A stretch of 55,603 bases of DNA, filler included, from Squatina squatina (lineage: Eukaryota): NCBI GenBank assembly GCA_031763465.1. It is 3 parts of 3 records of this genome, joined end to end, with 100 filler letters (N's around TTAATTAATTAA, not from the genome) between each part and the next. Parts side by side here need not be neighbours in the genome. Positions count along the whole stretch, not along the records: positions 19,093 to 36,036 come from JARFOE010000001.1; positions 36,137 to 55,603 come from JARFOE010000176.1; 1 more part is not named here. The stretch is one strand, 5' to 3'. The notes below the pieces were generated by a model. That model saw only the letters and a program-made list of their open reading frames with translations, did not search any database and was not told the origin of the DNA. Positions 23,731 to 37,235 of the stretch are shown here, piece by piece (positions within the stretch are counted from its first letter, which is position 1; the number at the start of each line of letters is the position of its first letter). The translations under genes and the position numbers were made by a program.

Positions 23731-25952
23731 ATGGGGCTGAATTTTCTATGGTGGTAGGGAGCGCGATCGGTGGCGGGTCGGGTGGAAAAGTTGNNNNNNN
23801 NNNNNNNNNNNNNNNNNNNNNNNNNNNNNNNNNNNNNNNNNNNNNNNNNNNNNNNNNNNNNNNNNNNNNNNNNNNNNNNNNNNNNNNNNNNNNAGTCAGT
23901 ACAGAATCAAACCATTCGGCCCAACCAGTCCATGCCGGCGCTTATGCTTCACTTGAGCCAAAGCTGCCCAGCTTCCTCCTTTCTCCAAATACCAAATACC
24001 AAACACATAAATTTAAGCTCTTTTCCCCTTTTATTTTTGCCCAAGCTTTTGTTACTCACTCTCCAAAGAGGGCAACAGATTTATTTATTTTCATACTACA
24101 ACAATTATTTATTAAGTAAACATAATGGTCTGAAATGAGGAGCTTTTTTATGAAAGACATCTAGGAAGTAGAGTTTTCTGTAGATGGCAAAGAAAATGCA
24201 CACCTGTGTACATGTCTGGTTTCTCTATTGCATACTTCCACACAGGGCCTGCTATGTGGAAATGTATTCCCTCTGAAACAAGTAGCAGTTTTCAAGTAGC
24301 AAAATCAGGTCACAAATGCCAAAAGCACAGTACTCAAATGTTCCTGTTAGAGTAATATTTCCATTTCCCCACCACATTTACACAAAGCTGTCAGTGGCAA
24401 CCTCATCTGCCTCCCCACACACAGTGCACCTTAATAAACAACAGCCAGCTGAGACCCCGAGACACCTGCAGAATCGTTTACAGTACGTGATTGTTTGTCT
24501 TAAAGGAAGCTGGTTAGCTATCGTCCTGGAACATTTCCACTTTTTTGGAAGACTAAGTCTGCCTGACAGGACACTACCTTAACAAGTTATATAGTTCTGA
24601 AAGGCTGCCAAGCCATGTGATAGTGCAGAGCAAGTGAGAGGAAAAATAATATGTGAAAGACCCTTTTATGCACTTCCTCTGTTGTCACAGAGTTACTCAC
24701 GAAGCTGCTCTGCTAGTTCACAAATTAATACTGTGACCACCCAGTGGCTCATTGCTCAGGAGGCCAACTGGATGATACTTAACCCATCAGTGTCATGGCC
24801 CACAAGAAACGAAGCAGCATTGATGCTGTTAAACATGATCATCATCAGTCAGTGAGACAAAATTACAATTTGGTCAGCTTGAAATAGGCAATTCAAAGCC
24901 TAATTAACTGACAATTATGAGACGATTCATAGACTTCATTACACAGTTGCCACAATCTTTGCTTCTGTAACTATTTTGTGGTGTTGAAGCTTATGGAAAG
25001 ATAGTGTAGTTGAATACTCAGATGAATTTTTGAATTTAGCTTATTTAGCTTCTTTGAGGTTGCAAATGTGCATTAATTACATTCATTTATTTTTAAGCTA
25101 TAATATACCAATAATATTTACCAAAGGGTTATACATGTTACTCAAAGTAAAGATCATCTCCATAATTTAAGATGCAATTGTTTATCTTCACAGTACCAAA
25201 TTTGGAGTCAATAATTGTTTTAAACATTTGTTGAACTTTTGAACTTAAAATTATGCTTAAAGCTTACACTTTTTGGCACGTTTTGTGTATTTCAAACAAG
25301 TCAACGCCTCTGTTAAAATAACAAAGTGATTTCATATGAAAATATTGAGCATCTGTACGCTAATACCATACACTGTATTATCCAGCTTTACGTTTTGTAT
25401 TTCATGCTCTGACAGTAGACTGTAGCAAGGCGACTCCAGCATAAAACCCATGACTAAGATGACCAAATAAGTTTTATGCTACAGTGGGGAACAGTGAAGT
25501 AACGAAAGCATTATGCAGGAATCAAGCACTGAAATAGTGCAAGCCTGCCTACGCAGAAACCCAGTCGCTGGATTAGACTGGGTTGGTTTCAGTCTGACAG
25601 CTGGAACTGACAAGATGCCCCAGAATCCAATGGGAGTCATGATATCCCATATCTGAGCTCAGGTTTGACCCTTCAAGCCAGTGGGCTTGTGCTGTAAGTA
25701 GATCGAACTATATCTCACTATCAATCACTTGCAAGTAAGCAATAGCACAGCCAGCAGCTTTGAGCTGCTTTTAAAATGCTGTTTGACAACCAACTCCTGT
25801 ATCACAGATTTCCCACAGCCAGCAGCCACATCAATGTAAACTTCCTAGATTTTTATAGACCGGCAGCAAGGAAGACCCTTTTTCACTGGGCTTTGTTCGC
25901 TTATTTTTGTGACGGCCTTGTGACATTACATCAAGATGTCATTACACACCTT

Positions 25953-26366
25953 GGGGCCAAAATTGAGCCCCTGTAAAGTCCCAATAGCGCCTCCGAAGAG
26001 CGCTAATGGGACATTTAAAAAAATGGCGTCAGGAGGCGGCCATCTCGCCTCCCCCAAAATTCAGCTGGGGTGCAAAGACTTTTGCACCTGCCCAGCTTAA
26101 TCTCACAGCGGGTTGATGTGTAACGTCATCATAATGCGCTTACCGTGCAGCCACAACGCCCTCGGCACTCCGTTTGCGTCCCGAGGGCGGAATTCACCCA
26201 TGGGAGGCAGCTGTAGCGCGGGGTGGTTGCAGCGACAGGGGAGGGCATCTACGCCTCCGGCCACCACCTTTATTTATCGGCCGACTTCATAGACGGACGA
26301 TAAATGGTGGTCCTTCGGCCGGATCGGGCCATCATCGCTTGGCGTGCCAGGCTGGTGACCCGATCG
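25953..26366. mobile_element. GC-rich repeat related to 4474-5237
   Basis: Starts ggggccaaaattgagcccc and shares the ggggagg(g)c...ggcc(a/g)cca..ttt..tcgg...aatgg(t/c)gg hairpin module. Runs into a gap. Confidence 0.55.
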
Positions 26367-26992
26367 NNNNNNNNNNNNNNNNNNNNNNNNNNNNNNNNNN
26401 NNNNNNNNNNNNNNNNNNNNNNNNNNNNNNNNNNNNNNNNNNNNNNNNNNNNNNNNNNNNNNNNNNTAGTAACCTTATGGAATCAATCATGGGAATCTTT
26501 CAAACATCCGTGAGAATTGTGTTATTCCTCCGCAAACCTCTGTAAAAACTGAGAAAGAGCGATGTATTACTGAGTTGGCATAAAAATATGCTTATTAAAA
26601 TGCTATGGTAAGAAGTTTGAAGGCAAGCAAGTACTTTATTTGTAATATCTCAGGGTTTTTTAATGATATATTGAACTACCATAAAATTAAGTGAGCAAGA
26701 AGACATCCATCCTTACAAATGTCAACTCAATTTTTAACTACATAATATACATTCAATTGTAAAATATACATTTTAGGATGAAATTGAAGATATCAGAGAT
26801 GATTTCAATCATACCCTAGGTCTGTTTCAGAAATGATTGTTTCGAGAAAAACCTAGGATACCAACTAAATAACATCTAGAAGTTCCTACAGCTTTTTAAA
26901 ATGAAGTGTATTTAATAGTTTATTCAAACTGTTCAGTTTTATTTTATATTTTAGGTTCTAATACAAAAATATTTTTTTTTCTAATTTTTCAG

Positions 26993-27135
26993 TCTATAAT
27001 TTTCATCCGAGACTACAATTTTCATGGCCAAGAGATTTCTGGGTATATTGATTACTCACATAGACTCAAGACAGAAAACTTTGAAGTATACTTTGCTGGA
27101 AAGAAGAAACTATTGCCACGGTCAACAGATCTAAG
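26993..27135 (+). CDS. CFAP299: Cilia- and flagella-associated protein 299 (C4orf22), internal exon
   Basis: Acceptor ttttcag; [47 protein letters not shown](S); donor AG|GTACAC; 143 nt. Matches the recalled CFAP299 motif [37 protein letters not shown]. Confidence 0.9.
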
Positions 27136-27776
27136 GTACACTTACAGATTATAACACTGGTTTGGTGACACTGTTGGTGGCATTGTTAGTTTCATTTTTT
27201 GCTCATGTTCATCATTGACAAATTATAATGTCCTTGCATAAATAAAAACTTCCCAATCTTTCCTCAAATAGTTCTAACTATTTGGGTTGTGGGTTGTGAC
27301 CTATTTTGATGTCTCCCTTGAACCGTGATGATTCTCACTGAGAAATCATTAAGAATCAATGTGAAGGAAGTTATTGTACTTGGAGGTGCTGAATTTGCTG
27401 CTACCAAGGTGACTGGTGTATTGGAGACTTGAAGCAACCTGGACAAATTAAGTGGATGCTCTAAGGACTGACGCCGAACATTGTGAATACATTTTAAGCA
27501 GCTAGACCCTGGGTACAGGAAACTTCAAATGTATTCCAAATGATAAACTGATTTGGGCTTGATGGTTGACTATCGAAAGGCTGTTGAGCAAGAGTTTTCG
27601 ATGAGAGAGATGTTTCTTGGTTGCGATTATAAGAAAAAAACATTTATTTTAACAAAATAGTAAAAATTGTATTCTAGTTTTCACACTGATTGGTAAAAAC
27701 TCTCACACTGCTAAAATACTGGTGTGTTTTTTTTCACACTGATACAGCACTGGTGTTTCTTTAGACTGGTGTAGTG

Positions 27777-27996
27777 TGTCAACTGTGGCTCAGTGGGTAG
27801 CTCGCTTCACTCTGAGTCAGAAGGTTGTGGGTTCAAGTTTCCCTCCAGAGACTATGAGCTCAAAAATCCAGGCTGACACTCCAGTGCAGTGCTGCACTGT
27901 CAGAGGTGCTGTCTTTCAGATGAGATGTTAAACTGAGACCTATCTGCCCCCTCAGGTGAATGTAAAAGATCCTATGGCACTATTTTGAAGAAGAGC
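27777..27996 (+). mobile_element. tRNA-derived SINE (DeuSINE/SacSINE1-like) 5' half
   Basis: gtggctcagtgggtag (A box), gggttcaagttt (B box), gtctttcagatgagatgttaaac core. Runs into a gap. Confidence 0.85.
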
Positions 27997-30019
27997 NNNN
28001 NNNNNNNNNNNNNNNNNNNNNNNNNNNNNNNNNNNNNNNNNNNNNNNNNNNNNNNNNNNNNNNNNNNNNNNNNNNNNNNNNNNNNNNNNNNNNNNNGAGG
28101 ATAAGTATTTTTCACATTGATTGTTGTGTTGACATTATTAAAACTATTGCCTATTTATATAAGACTTTCTTCCAAGAACACAAGTAAATGAATAGTCATT
28201 GCTGTTTCTTGTTTTCTTTTTAACCCATTTTATCAGTAGAGGAGGCTTTTTTGTTGACATTTTTTGAATCTTTGAGCTGAGAAGAAATAGAGTTTCTCTT
28301 TTTACTAAGAGAAGCTATTTATGAAAAATGTTATAATATTTACATACAGAGCCTAAACTTCCTCACATACTTGGAAGTACTTGGCTGACACTTCACTGTT
28401 CCATAGCATGTGAGGAAGTATCAGGAGTGCACATTGCAATGGCAGTGAACTGCTTCAACAAACATCATAAAAATGCACAGTAGGATGAACAGCTAAACAA
28501 ATTCAGTGCCAAAAAGTTATCCTGCAGTATAATTTAAACGCTAAACTATTAAAAGTTTCATAGCTCTAACATCATATATGTTTGATTTTATGCAAACTTT
28601 GACAGAAATAGTTTATGTCAAAAAGAGTTGCTATTCTCAAATACTTTTTGTTTTCATAACAACTGACCTCTGCTCTGATACTAGATCTGGTATTCACCTC
28701 ATCATTTTATTATTATGTTATGGGTTTCATATAGCTGTTAAATGATATGTGCGATTTGCCGCAACTATATGGTATAAAAGCATTTTAGCCCGAAAGCTCT
28801 ACTGTCAGACCTAACACCAATGTGCAGGTATCACTTTCTGTAAGACATATCGGCCTTGAAATTGGATAGTGTGAAAAAATGGGCACGGGCACCGCGATGC
28901 GAGATATGCCCATGCTTGTTCAAAAAGCGCAGGCAGCCATCAACTTCATGCTGCCTGCTAATTATAATGATNNNNNNNNNNNNNNNNNNNNNNNNNNNNN
29001 NNNNNNNNNNNNNNNNNNNNNNNNNNNNNNNNNNNNNNNNNNNNNNNNNNNNNNNNNNNNNNNNNNNNNNNACGGAGCTTCACAAAGGCATTTGCAAACA
29101 ATGGATGTAATATCCTGATTACTCAATAATACACTAATTCAGTTGAGCTGCTGCCTAATATTACAAGTGCCATTGTTTTTGAATTAGTAACATATTTTTA
29201 TTTTTAAAATATTACAATTCAGAAAGTAGTTTAAAAGATGCTGGTGTCAGAAATTACTAAGTATTTCAGTGATTTCTTCAGTTAAAGAGGCTTTAGTTTG
29301 GTCACATGTAGACCATATAGTTCCTTTAGGGCCTTACATCATCATAGGATCCATTTTCACTGAACAATGCTATTTTAATTTAAAATCTAATAAATCTTTC
29401 TGTCATTGAGGGAGATTTTTTATTTCTGGCAATTATTTACCTATGATATTAGCAACTACTACAACTTTTGCCTTGGGTTTGTGACATAGAAATGTACATG
29501 GTTACTTTTGACAAGCCTTGAAATAAATGGATGTTCTGGTAACAAAATACCAGTAATTATAATGCTGTCTGTATTGAATTGCAGGAGTAAAGCAAATAGC
29601 TTTATTGCTTCTCTTTGATGGTAATCTTTAGAAGGTGATTTATGATTAATTAAAGGAAACTACTCCCTTTAAAGTCAAAAGATCAGACAGCCCAGGTTTG
29701 AATAAGAGGAAACAGCAATGATATACTTGATTGCTTTGTACATAATGATAATGATTGATATTAAATGTTCTTCTGTTCAAAAGGTTTTTTAAAAAAGAAA
29801 AGGGGTCATACATTATTTAAATGGTGCTTATAATCTTATAGTATTTTATTTCTTTACTCATTGTGATAGCTTTTTCTTTGTTTAATTCCTTGGTGCTTAC
29901 ATGTAGAGACATTTAGTATTAAGCAAAGCAAGCTCATGAGATGCTTGTTGCCTATTTGTTAAAACTCGGGCTTATTAACATAAAGGAGAAAAACGCAACA
30001 ACGAAAAAGAAGAATCAGG

Positions 30020-30927
30020 GAAGGGAAGTAAAGACTTGGTTAAAAAGAAGGAAGTTTTTGAAAGCAGGGAGGGAGATGCTGAGGTGGATGGAATTTGTAA
30101 AGGAATTCCAGAGGTGGTTGAAGGAACGGCCATCAGTGGTCGAGTGGAGGGAGCAAGGAATAGGAACTAGACTATTGTCTAAGAAGTAGAGAGTGCAAGT
30201 TTGGCTGAAGAGAATCACAGATACAGGGTGAAACAAAGCCATATATAAATTTGAACATGACAGGATCTTATAATTGATTCATTGGGGTACAGAAAGCCAG
30301 TGGAGCTCAGCAGGGATAGGATTGATGGGGGTGCAGCAGTTAGTGCAGGAGAGGACATGGGTCATGGCATTCAGGATAAGTTGTCACTTTTGTAGAGGGA
30401 AGCCAGACAGGGCAGTGAGGAGAATATTTCAAAAGTTGAGCCTTGAAGGGCTTGGTGGTGATGGGGAAGAGGTAAGGTTGGAGGGAAAAAATGTTTTAGA
30501 GGTGGAAGAAAGAGGCCTTCGTGACAGATCAGATGTGGGAAAGGAATCTCAGTTAGGGGTTGAACAGGACAGTGACTTCACTTCACACTGTGAGCTAAGC
30601 TTGAGGTAACAGCTGGGGAAATTGATGGACCCCAGGGCAGTGAAGCAAAGATGCTGCAGGAAATAAAGAGGGTAGCTTCAATTTTACTGTGAATAAACTA
30701 GACAACTCATCAATATCAGGCACGCAGTTGAAGAGTGTAGCAACAACACTAGAATTGAAGGTGGAGGTGGAGAGATAAAGCTGGATGATACTGGTAGACA
30801 TGTGGAAGCTGACTCCATGCTTTTGGATGAGGTTGCTGAGTGGTGATATAAAAAGATGAAGAGGGTAGGAATCAGAATGGCACCCCAGAGGTTACAATAC
30901 AGGCATGAGAGGAGAAACTGTTGGAGA
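30020..30927 (-). mobile_element. Old L2 LINE 3' region
   Basis: Minus strand HMSTSIIQLYLST (degenerate YADD motif) and 'GRSFNHLWNSFTNSIHLSISLPAFKNFL' (L2 C-terminal G.R.F....LWNSLP...SL..FK..LK). Confidence 0.65.
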
Positions 30928-32204
30928 NNNNNNNNNNNNNNNNNNNNNNNNNNNNNNNNNNNNNNNNNNNNNNNNNNNNNNNNNNNNNNNNNNNNNNNNN
31001 NNNNNNNNNNNNNNNNNNNNNNNNNNNGCCCACTTCATTGCTTAAAGCTGCACTTCTCCCACACACAGCCACTGCTTAGGTCAGTTCAGGAGGAGGAGGA
31101 GGTATACAATGGTGTTGATTAGGAACATTTACTCAAGAAAAAGAACTTGAAAAATGCATTCTGCAGTACTGTACTTGTTGATTTACTGCTATACTTTTTT
31201 GTGAGGCCTGATAGCACTCACCATGGAATTTCCATAATCCATGGCTGTGTATCTCTTTGCATTAGACTGCCACACCAGCGAGGCAATGCAGCCCTTTAAG
31301 AAGATGATCATTGGAGGTCAGCACTCTTGAATGTCACTCTCTCAACGGAAGACACAGCTGTCAAAATCCCAACATTTTTAAAGTCCTTGTGGGATGACTG
31401 GTTCTGTTCCAGTAATGACAGTTGCTCTGATTGTTGCAGGCACCGGCTGTAACATTGCGAAATCTATTAACTATAAAATTGACTGTGAGTCAGATTGTGA
31501 TAATACATGCTGTTTCATGCAAACACTGTCATTTGCTGTGTGTCAAAATCAGTAACGAATGTCAATGGCATTATTCAGAAGATCTGTGCATAGTTACGTC
31601 ATTCTCTAAAGCTAAAAAAAACAGCTGTGAAAAAGGAAAACACCACCTGATGGAGGATAGAACAGCAACTGAACCACTTTTCATGATGAAGCTTATTAGC
31701 AGACAGAGACCAGGCCTGGATTTTGCAGTGGGTAATGACAGTGAACTGTCAGCGTTTGCCGTCATTACCCCTCTGAAAATGATCACAACTTCAGGGTTTA
31801 ACACGGAAATCCTGAAGTTGCAGTCAGTCATTCACTGCTCCAACACAGGCTGTGCTGTGGACCCCCCAATAGCCAGCAATCAGTGTCATCAGTGAAATCC
31901 TTGGGCTTTTCCATGCTAATTTTGCTGTTAAATACCCCATTAAATGTTAAACTTTGTTGGAATAGGTGCAACTGGGGTTTTAATGGCATATTGNNNNNNN
32001 NNNNNNNNNNNNNNNNNNNNNNNNNNNNNNNNNNNNNNNNNNNNNNNNNNNNNNNNNNNNNNNNNNNNNNNNNNNNNNNNNNNNNNNNNNNNNTTGATGG
32101 GGTGAGATGAAGTAAATAGAGTGGGAGGAGGTTGATGAACACGGGCATCTACCTGTTGGACTGAATGGCCTGTTTCTGTGCTGTAAATTCTATTATCATT
32201 CTAT

Positions 32205-32745
32205 GTAAAAAGTACAAGAGTAAAGAAGTAATATGTTTGTACAAAACATAGGCTAGGCTATTGTTAAGAGTACTGTGTGCAGTTTTGGGAACCCCGTGAT
32301 AGAGGGACATTAAAGCCATAGAGAGCGAACAGGATAGTGCCAGGGATCGGAAATCACAGTTATGAGGAGAGACTTGAGATTCTGGGACTATTTCCTTTGG
32401 AGCAGAGATGGCTAAGAGGAGATTTAATAGAAGTTTTTAAAATTATGAAAGCTTTGACAGGATAGATAAAGAAAAGCTATTTCCTCTCATTGAAAAATTG
32501 GTGATAAGAGGACATCAATTTAGGGGAGAGGAGTTCTTAAACAGGGAGTTGAATGCTTTGTGATAGGGAGTAGTTTAGCAGAAACCCTTGCACCTTTTAA
32601 GAAAAAATCTAATAAATACTTGAAGCAGAGTAAGAAACAGGACTATAGCAAGAGAGGGGCAGTGGGATTAGTTCTGTGTGCTCTAGCAAAAAACTGGCAT
32701 AGACACAAAGGGATGAATAGCCTCCTTCTGTGCTGTAAACTTTGA
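32205..32745 (+). mobile_element. CR1 LINE 3' fragment
   Basis: agtacaagagtaaagaagta, gagtactgtgtgcagttttgg, agttatgaggagagacttgag, ggctaagaggagatttaatagaagtttttaaaattatg, and tail gcctccttctgtgctgtaaac. Confidence 0.8.
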
Positions 32746-33119
32746 TATGGAACAAAAGAGAGGTTGTGATACTCAGGCAGAAAGCCCAGCCCTTCAGTTA
32801 CATTTTATCGCCGAACCCAGTATTTCAATTGATATAAGCTTTGAAATTGCTACTGATGCACCAGAGGGTTAACCAAGCATTAATTTGGGTTTTTAAGAGT
32901 TACAGAAGAAGATGCTTAACACCTGACTTGATTGATTTTAGTAGGTGCGCTAAAACCTGTGCTTTAACATTCATACAGAGGACCATCCAATGCAGAGTCA
33001 CGTTAATTAATGCAGAGGAGCACTAGATAAATGCAATGATGAGACATTTAAAGCCCTAACATAATGCAGGCCAGCTGTTACCACAGAGATTTTGCTGAAG
33101 AATGCAACCATTCAGACAG

Positions 33120-33320
33120 AGATGTGCCTGATGAGGCTGTGTCAGCCTTACTTCAAGAAGTGAAGGAGAGAAAGACATTCTGTGGCACAGATGAGCAACC
33201 GGTACCTGCAGTACAGCCCTGTGCAGCAAGCTCGACAACAAATAGCAGAAATGGTCAGTACTATCTTGCATCGCAAGGATATGGAAGCATGTAAGAAAGA
33301 TACTAGATTTGAAGAGATAT
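33120..33320 (+). pseudogene. Possible decayed Myb/SANT-like DNA-binding domain (Harbinger ORF2 type)
   Basis: PDEAVSALLQEVKERK followed, in another frame, by QIAEMVSTILHRKDMEACKK..DLKR. Resembles F...E...L...V..R / W..IA..V....R....C.K.W.DLK, but the key Trp residues are lost. Confidence 0.35.
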
Positions 33321-36036
33321 ACTAAGATGAGCCAATAATATCGTTATGCATGACAAGCACCTGCCACATGTACTTAAGCAAGAATTTTCTGTTTGCTGGC
33401 TCTTTCATCCTTTCCTCCGACAGCATGCTGAACTGTATCGGGAGATCAACCAGATTCAGTCCTGCCACAATAGAGGCAGACCAAGGAATGCTTTGTATGA
33501 ATGAGGACACTCAGGTTGTATGCTGTTCTTAAAATTACCAAGTTCTGTTGGCNNNNNNNNNNNNNNNNNNNNNNNNNNNNNNNNNNNNNNNNNNNNNNNN
33601 NNNNNNNNNNNNNNNNNNNNNNNNNNNNNNNNNNNNNNNNNNNNNNNNNNNNCACCTGTTGAGTTGACCCTTCCTGGGGACAGTGTCTAGCCAATTTGCC
33701 CAGTAACACAGCTGAGATTGGGAACTCAGGTGGAAATATAGGTTTTGATCATTCATCCTGACTCTACATTCTGCAGCAAGTTGAAGTGTCATGGCACCCT
33801 GATTTGTTTTTGTTGTTAACTTTGATTTGTGCATTTGTATTTACAATATGGATTAGCTTACATTTTTAAATAATGAGACTTACTTTTCTGTGTAACAGTA
33901 AAATTAAATCAAGTAAGATTCTTGTAAATCTGATTTTAAAACAAGCAGCATTTCTTACTGCACTGATCTGTTTCACTTCATAAGTAGTGGTTGAAGCAGG
34001 TCTAATTTGAAGAGTTGGTTCCAATGGAAGTCTGGTACAGTATGGTTTTAGCAGTTACAGAGTTACTAATGGTCAATATGAGCTGGAAATGAAGGAGGAA
34101 ATATCTGGCTAAGTAAAAGGAAATCTCTTCTAGTTAAGGTTAAGCCTCTTTGCAAGTTGTTGACTGGTTTGCCCAACATGTTTATACTACTTCATTAACA
34201 ATAATGCAAAGTTTTTATGTAAAAGGAATCATAGTTATGTGCAGTTTGTATTTAAAATATTATTACTGACCAGTAAAGTAGATTAAATAATTTATTTAAA
34301 ATCTATTCCTTTCAGTTAATCTTCCCACCCTCCTTTATCTTACTCTTGTCTAGGCCCATAAAATTGTGAAACACCATTTTCTTTGCAGGTGATATAAAAG
34401 CACAATACTACTGTGCTGCATCAAATAGGATTTACTTCATACTACATTATACTAATGCTACATGGAAATCTCCAGACTTTTAATTGACAGTAACAGACCA
34501 AAGACCAACTGAGAAGAAAGTACATATTTTGTAAAGTTTATCAAACAAAATATGAGTGCATTCAAAGCTGTAATGGTGGAACCCCATGAATTTTCAGGAC
34601 CTTGATTATAAACCACTTGAGACATGTTCTTGACTTATGGTGTAATTTTAGCTGCTTGAGTATGTTGAGGGATGGGCAATAAATGCTGGCCTTGCCAGTG
34701 ATGCCCACATCCTATGAAGGAATAAAAAAAACTTGCCTGGAATTTTCACGGGGTTCTTCCAATTGCCTGTTGTAACTTCAGCAGAAGATTGGCAGAAAAT
34801 GAGAGAAACGGCATAAACGGAGATTGGCAGATCACTCATTCTACCCCACTGTCTTTAATATGCTCCAAACATAACTAATTCTCATTATTGTTCCCTTTTC
34901 CTTCTCAAGTTTAAATGTTTTGTACATGCTTGTGCTTGTCGAGGTGAAGGATGTCAGTGAATGGGACTGGAATAGTTATCTGTTGATTGGGTAGAATGCC
35001 CCTTTATGATGGCGTTTAGAGGCAGTTCGAGTGAGCAACTGTGAACTCATTTCATTGCAGAGTAGGAAAAGCAGAGCTCTGCATTTCTACACTCGGATAC
35101 ATGGCTGGAGAGCTGTTTACCACGCCATGACTCATGTCAATTTCTTCGGATTGTCCCACCAGCACTTTTCAGTCAGTTTTTTCCAACTGGTAGAAATTGA
35201 AAGACAGCGCACTGTACCATCAGAGTTTGAAAACGCAAGATAAAAATGCCTCACACCAGCACTTTGGCTATGGCATGGAGGGCTCTACTTTCGATCACAC
35301 CACAAAGAATGGGCAGTGTAACTGCAGTTGCTCATTTGTACTGCTGCTAAAATAGATAAGGTGAAAGAAGAANNNNNNNNNNTCATGCCCTTGACCCCAT
35401 AAAACCTTCACCATATGCCATGCCAGTTGTTCCACCTGATATGGCCCCCACCTTCGTTCCCTCAAGCCCAAGGGGCAAAAACTTGAGTGCACATATCACA
35501 AAACTGGCTTAGGCGTCCATCGCAAATCAGGCTTAACCATGTCCTGTTCTATTGCGCCTTGCTTCCCTCTGTCAAAACTGCCCACTAATCTGGGTTCATT
35601 CTGGAGGGTAAAGATAACCCCAGGCTTCTCTTCTCTTTTACAAATACATCCTCAAACTCCTTTCCCATATTCTATCCACCCTTGCCTCTAACATCAAGTG
35701 CAAGGAGCTCATGGGTTTCTTCCTCATCAAGATAGAGACTATTTGTGCAATTGGCTGTGCTACTCTCCCATCCCTGCTTCCTTTTTCTTATTAAGGCAAA
35801 TGTTAAGGCCGCCCACCGAGGTTCCCGGCCAATTAAAAGGAAGCGGGTCTGATGATATAATTTGACAACCCATCATCAGCCAGTTTCCTTAAAGGGAACA
35901 TGGCCAACTTTATTTTGACAGTTGTGCTGTCAGTGTTCTGCAGCATTGTTGTGCTGCAAACACCAACAAGCACGCACAAAGGTGCATGGCTGCACCCAAG
36001 CTCCCTAATGACTCCTTCCAAATGCTTCTGGAGAGA

Positions 36037-36136
36037 NNNNNNNNNNNNNNNNNNNNNNNNNNNNNNNNNNNNNNNNNNNNTTAATTAATTAANNNNNNNN
36101 NNNNNNNNNNNNNNNNNNNNNNNNNNNNNNNNNNNN
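36037..36136. other. Artificial scaffold linker 44N-TTAATTAATTAA-44N
   Basis: TTAATTAATTAA at 36081-36092, flanked by 44 N on each side. Confidence 0.97.
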
Positions 36137-36477
36137 GTGCCTACTTAGTATTGGTCTACTTTCGTAATCTTTTTACTGAATTAAATGTAGTCTTGCAACA
36201 TGCTACCAATTTGCTTTAAGGGTAACTTGCCTCTAGTTGTGAAGTCCTGTTGCATCACCATATTTTCTCTTGCGACTTTTACACTAATTCTATAATTTTG
36301 CATTGTATTGTTTAAATGTGGGTTCCATACATGGTAAAATGCTCAATGACATCATAGTGTGTTGTAAAACACATACATGCAAATAATCTCTCAATTTCTA
36401 AAATACTCTTTTTATTTAAATAAAATGTAATTTAATAGCATTTATGATTTTAAGCCATTGTTTATCCCATGTGATAG

Positions 36478-36619
36478 GTTAAGGAAGTCTGGGAAAACTC
36501 TTTGATGCTTCGTGATTTGCAGAGTGACCTTTCTTACCTAGTTGTCGTTCGCTGCAAACGTCGCAATGGACCAGGGTTTTGGAGTGATTGGAGCAATCCT
36601 ATTCATGTGGATATACAGG
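36478..36619 (+). CDS. LEPR: Leptin receptor exon, end of CRH1 with WSxWS motif
   Basis: atag acceptor; VKEVWENSLMLRDLQSDLSYLVVVRCKRRNGPGFWSDWSNPIHVDIQ; donor G|GTAAGC (phase 1). Compare mammalian ..KRLDGPGIWSDWS..TQ|D. Not listed in the ORF track. Confidence 0.88.
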
Positions 36620-36774
36620 GTAAGCATTGAATAGCTGCAGCAAATAAGAAGTAGGCACCAAAAAACAAGATAGCACACAGAATTTCTTTATTTTTAATGT
36701 TGTATTTCTTATAAAATTATAGAAAGTTTAGTGAGGGTTAAAAGAAGCCATTGGTGTTTTGATTTTCATTACAG

Positions 36775-37235
36775 TAGTTAGATTACGGAAAGTTAGCTTG
36801 CAGGTACAGCAAGCAATTAGGAAGGCAAATAGCCTGTTGGCTTTTATTGCAAGGGGGTTGGAGTAGAAGGGTAAGGAAGTCTCACTACAATTGTACAGGG
36901 CCTTGGTGAGACCACACCGAGTACTGTGCACAATTTTGGTCTCCTTATCTGAGGAAGGATATACNNNNNNNNNNGCAACAAAGGTTCACTAGATTGATCC
37001 CTGGGATGAGAGGGTTGTTCTATGAAGAGAGATTGAGTAGATTGGGCCTATAATCTCTGGAGTTGAGAAGAATGAGAGGTGATCTCATCGAAACAAATAA
37101 GATTCTGTGAGGGATTGACAAGGTAGATGCTGAGACGTTTTTTCCTCTGGCTGGAGAGTCCAGAACAAGCGTGTATAGTCTCGGATAAGAGCTTGGCCAT
37201 TTAAGACTGAGATGAGGAGGAATTTCTTCACTCAT
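36775..37235 (+). mobile_element. CR1 LINE fragment in a LEPR intron
   Basis: caggtacagcaagcaattaggaaggcaaat, ccttggtgagaccacacc, gagaagaatgagaggtgatctcatcgaaaca, gagatgaggaggaatttcttcactca. Confidence 0.85.

Noticed and set aside
27777-27850. tRNA gene
   Set aside because: The A/B boxes run on into a SINE body and no complete cloverleaf is evident. The same applies to 1930-1992.
34389-34483. Acceptor-like ttttctttgcag followed by a short frame (DIKAQYYCAASNRIYFILHYTNATWKSPDF*)
   Set aside because: No resemblance to CFAP299, LEPR or neighbouring proteins that I can recall, and it lies on the other side of the linker from LEPR.
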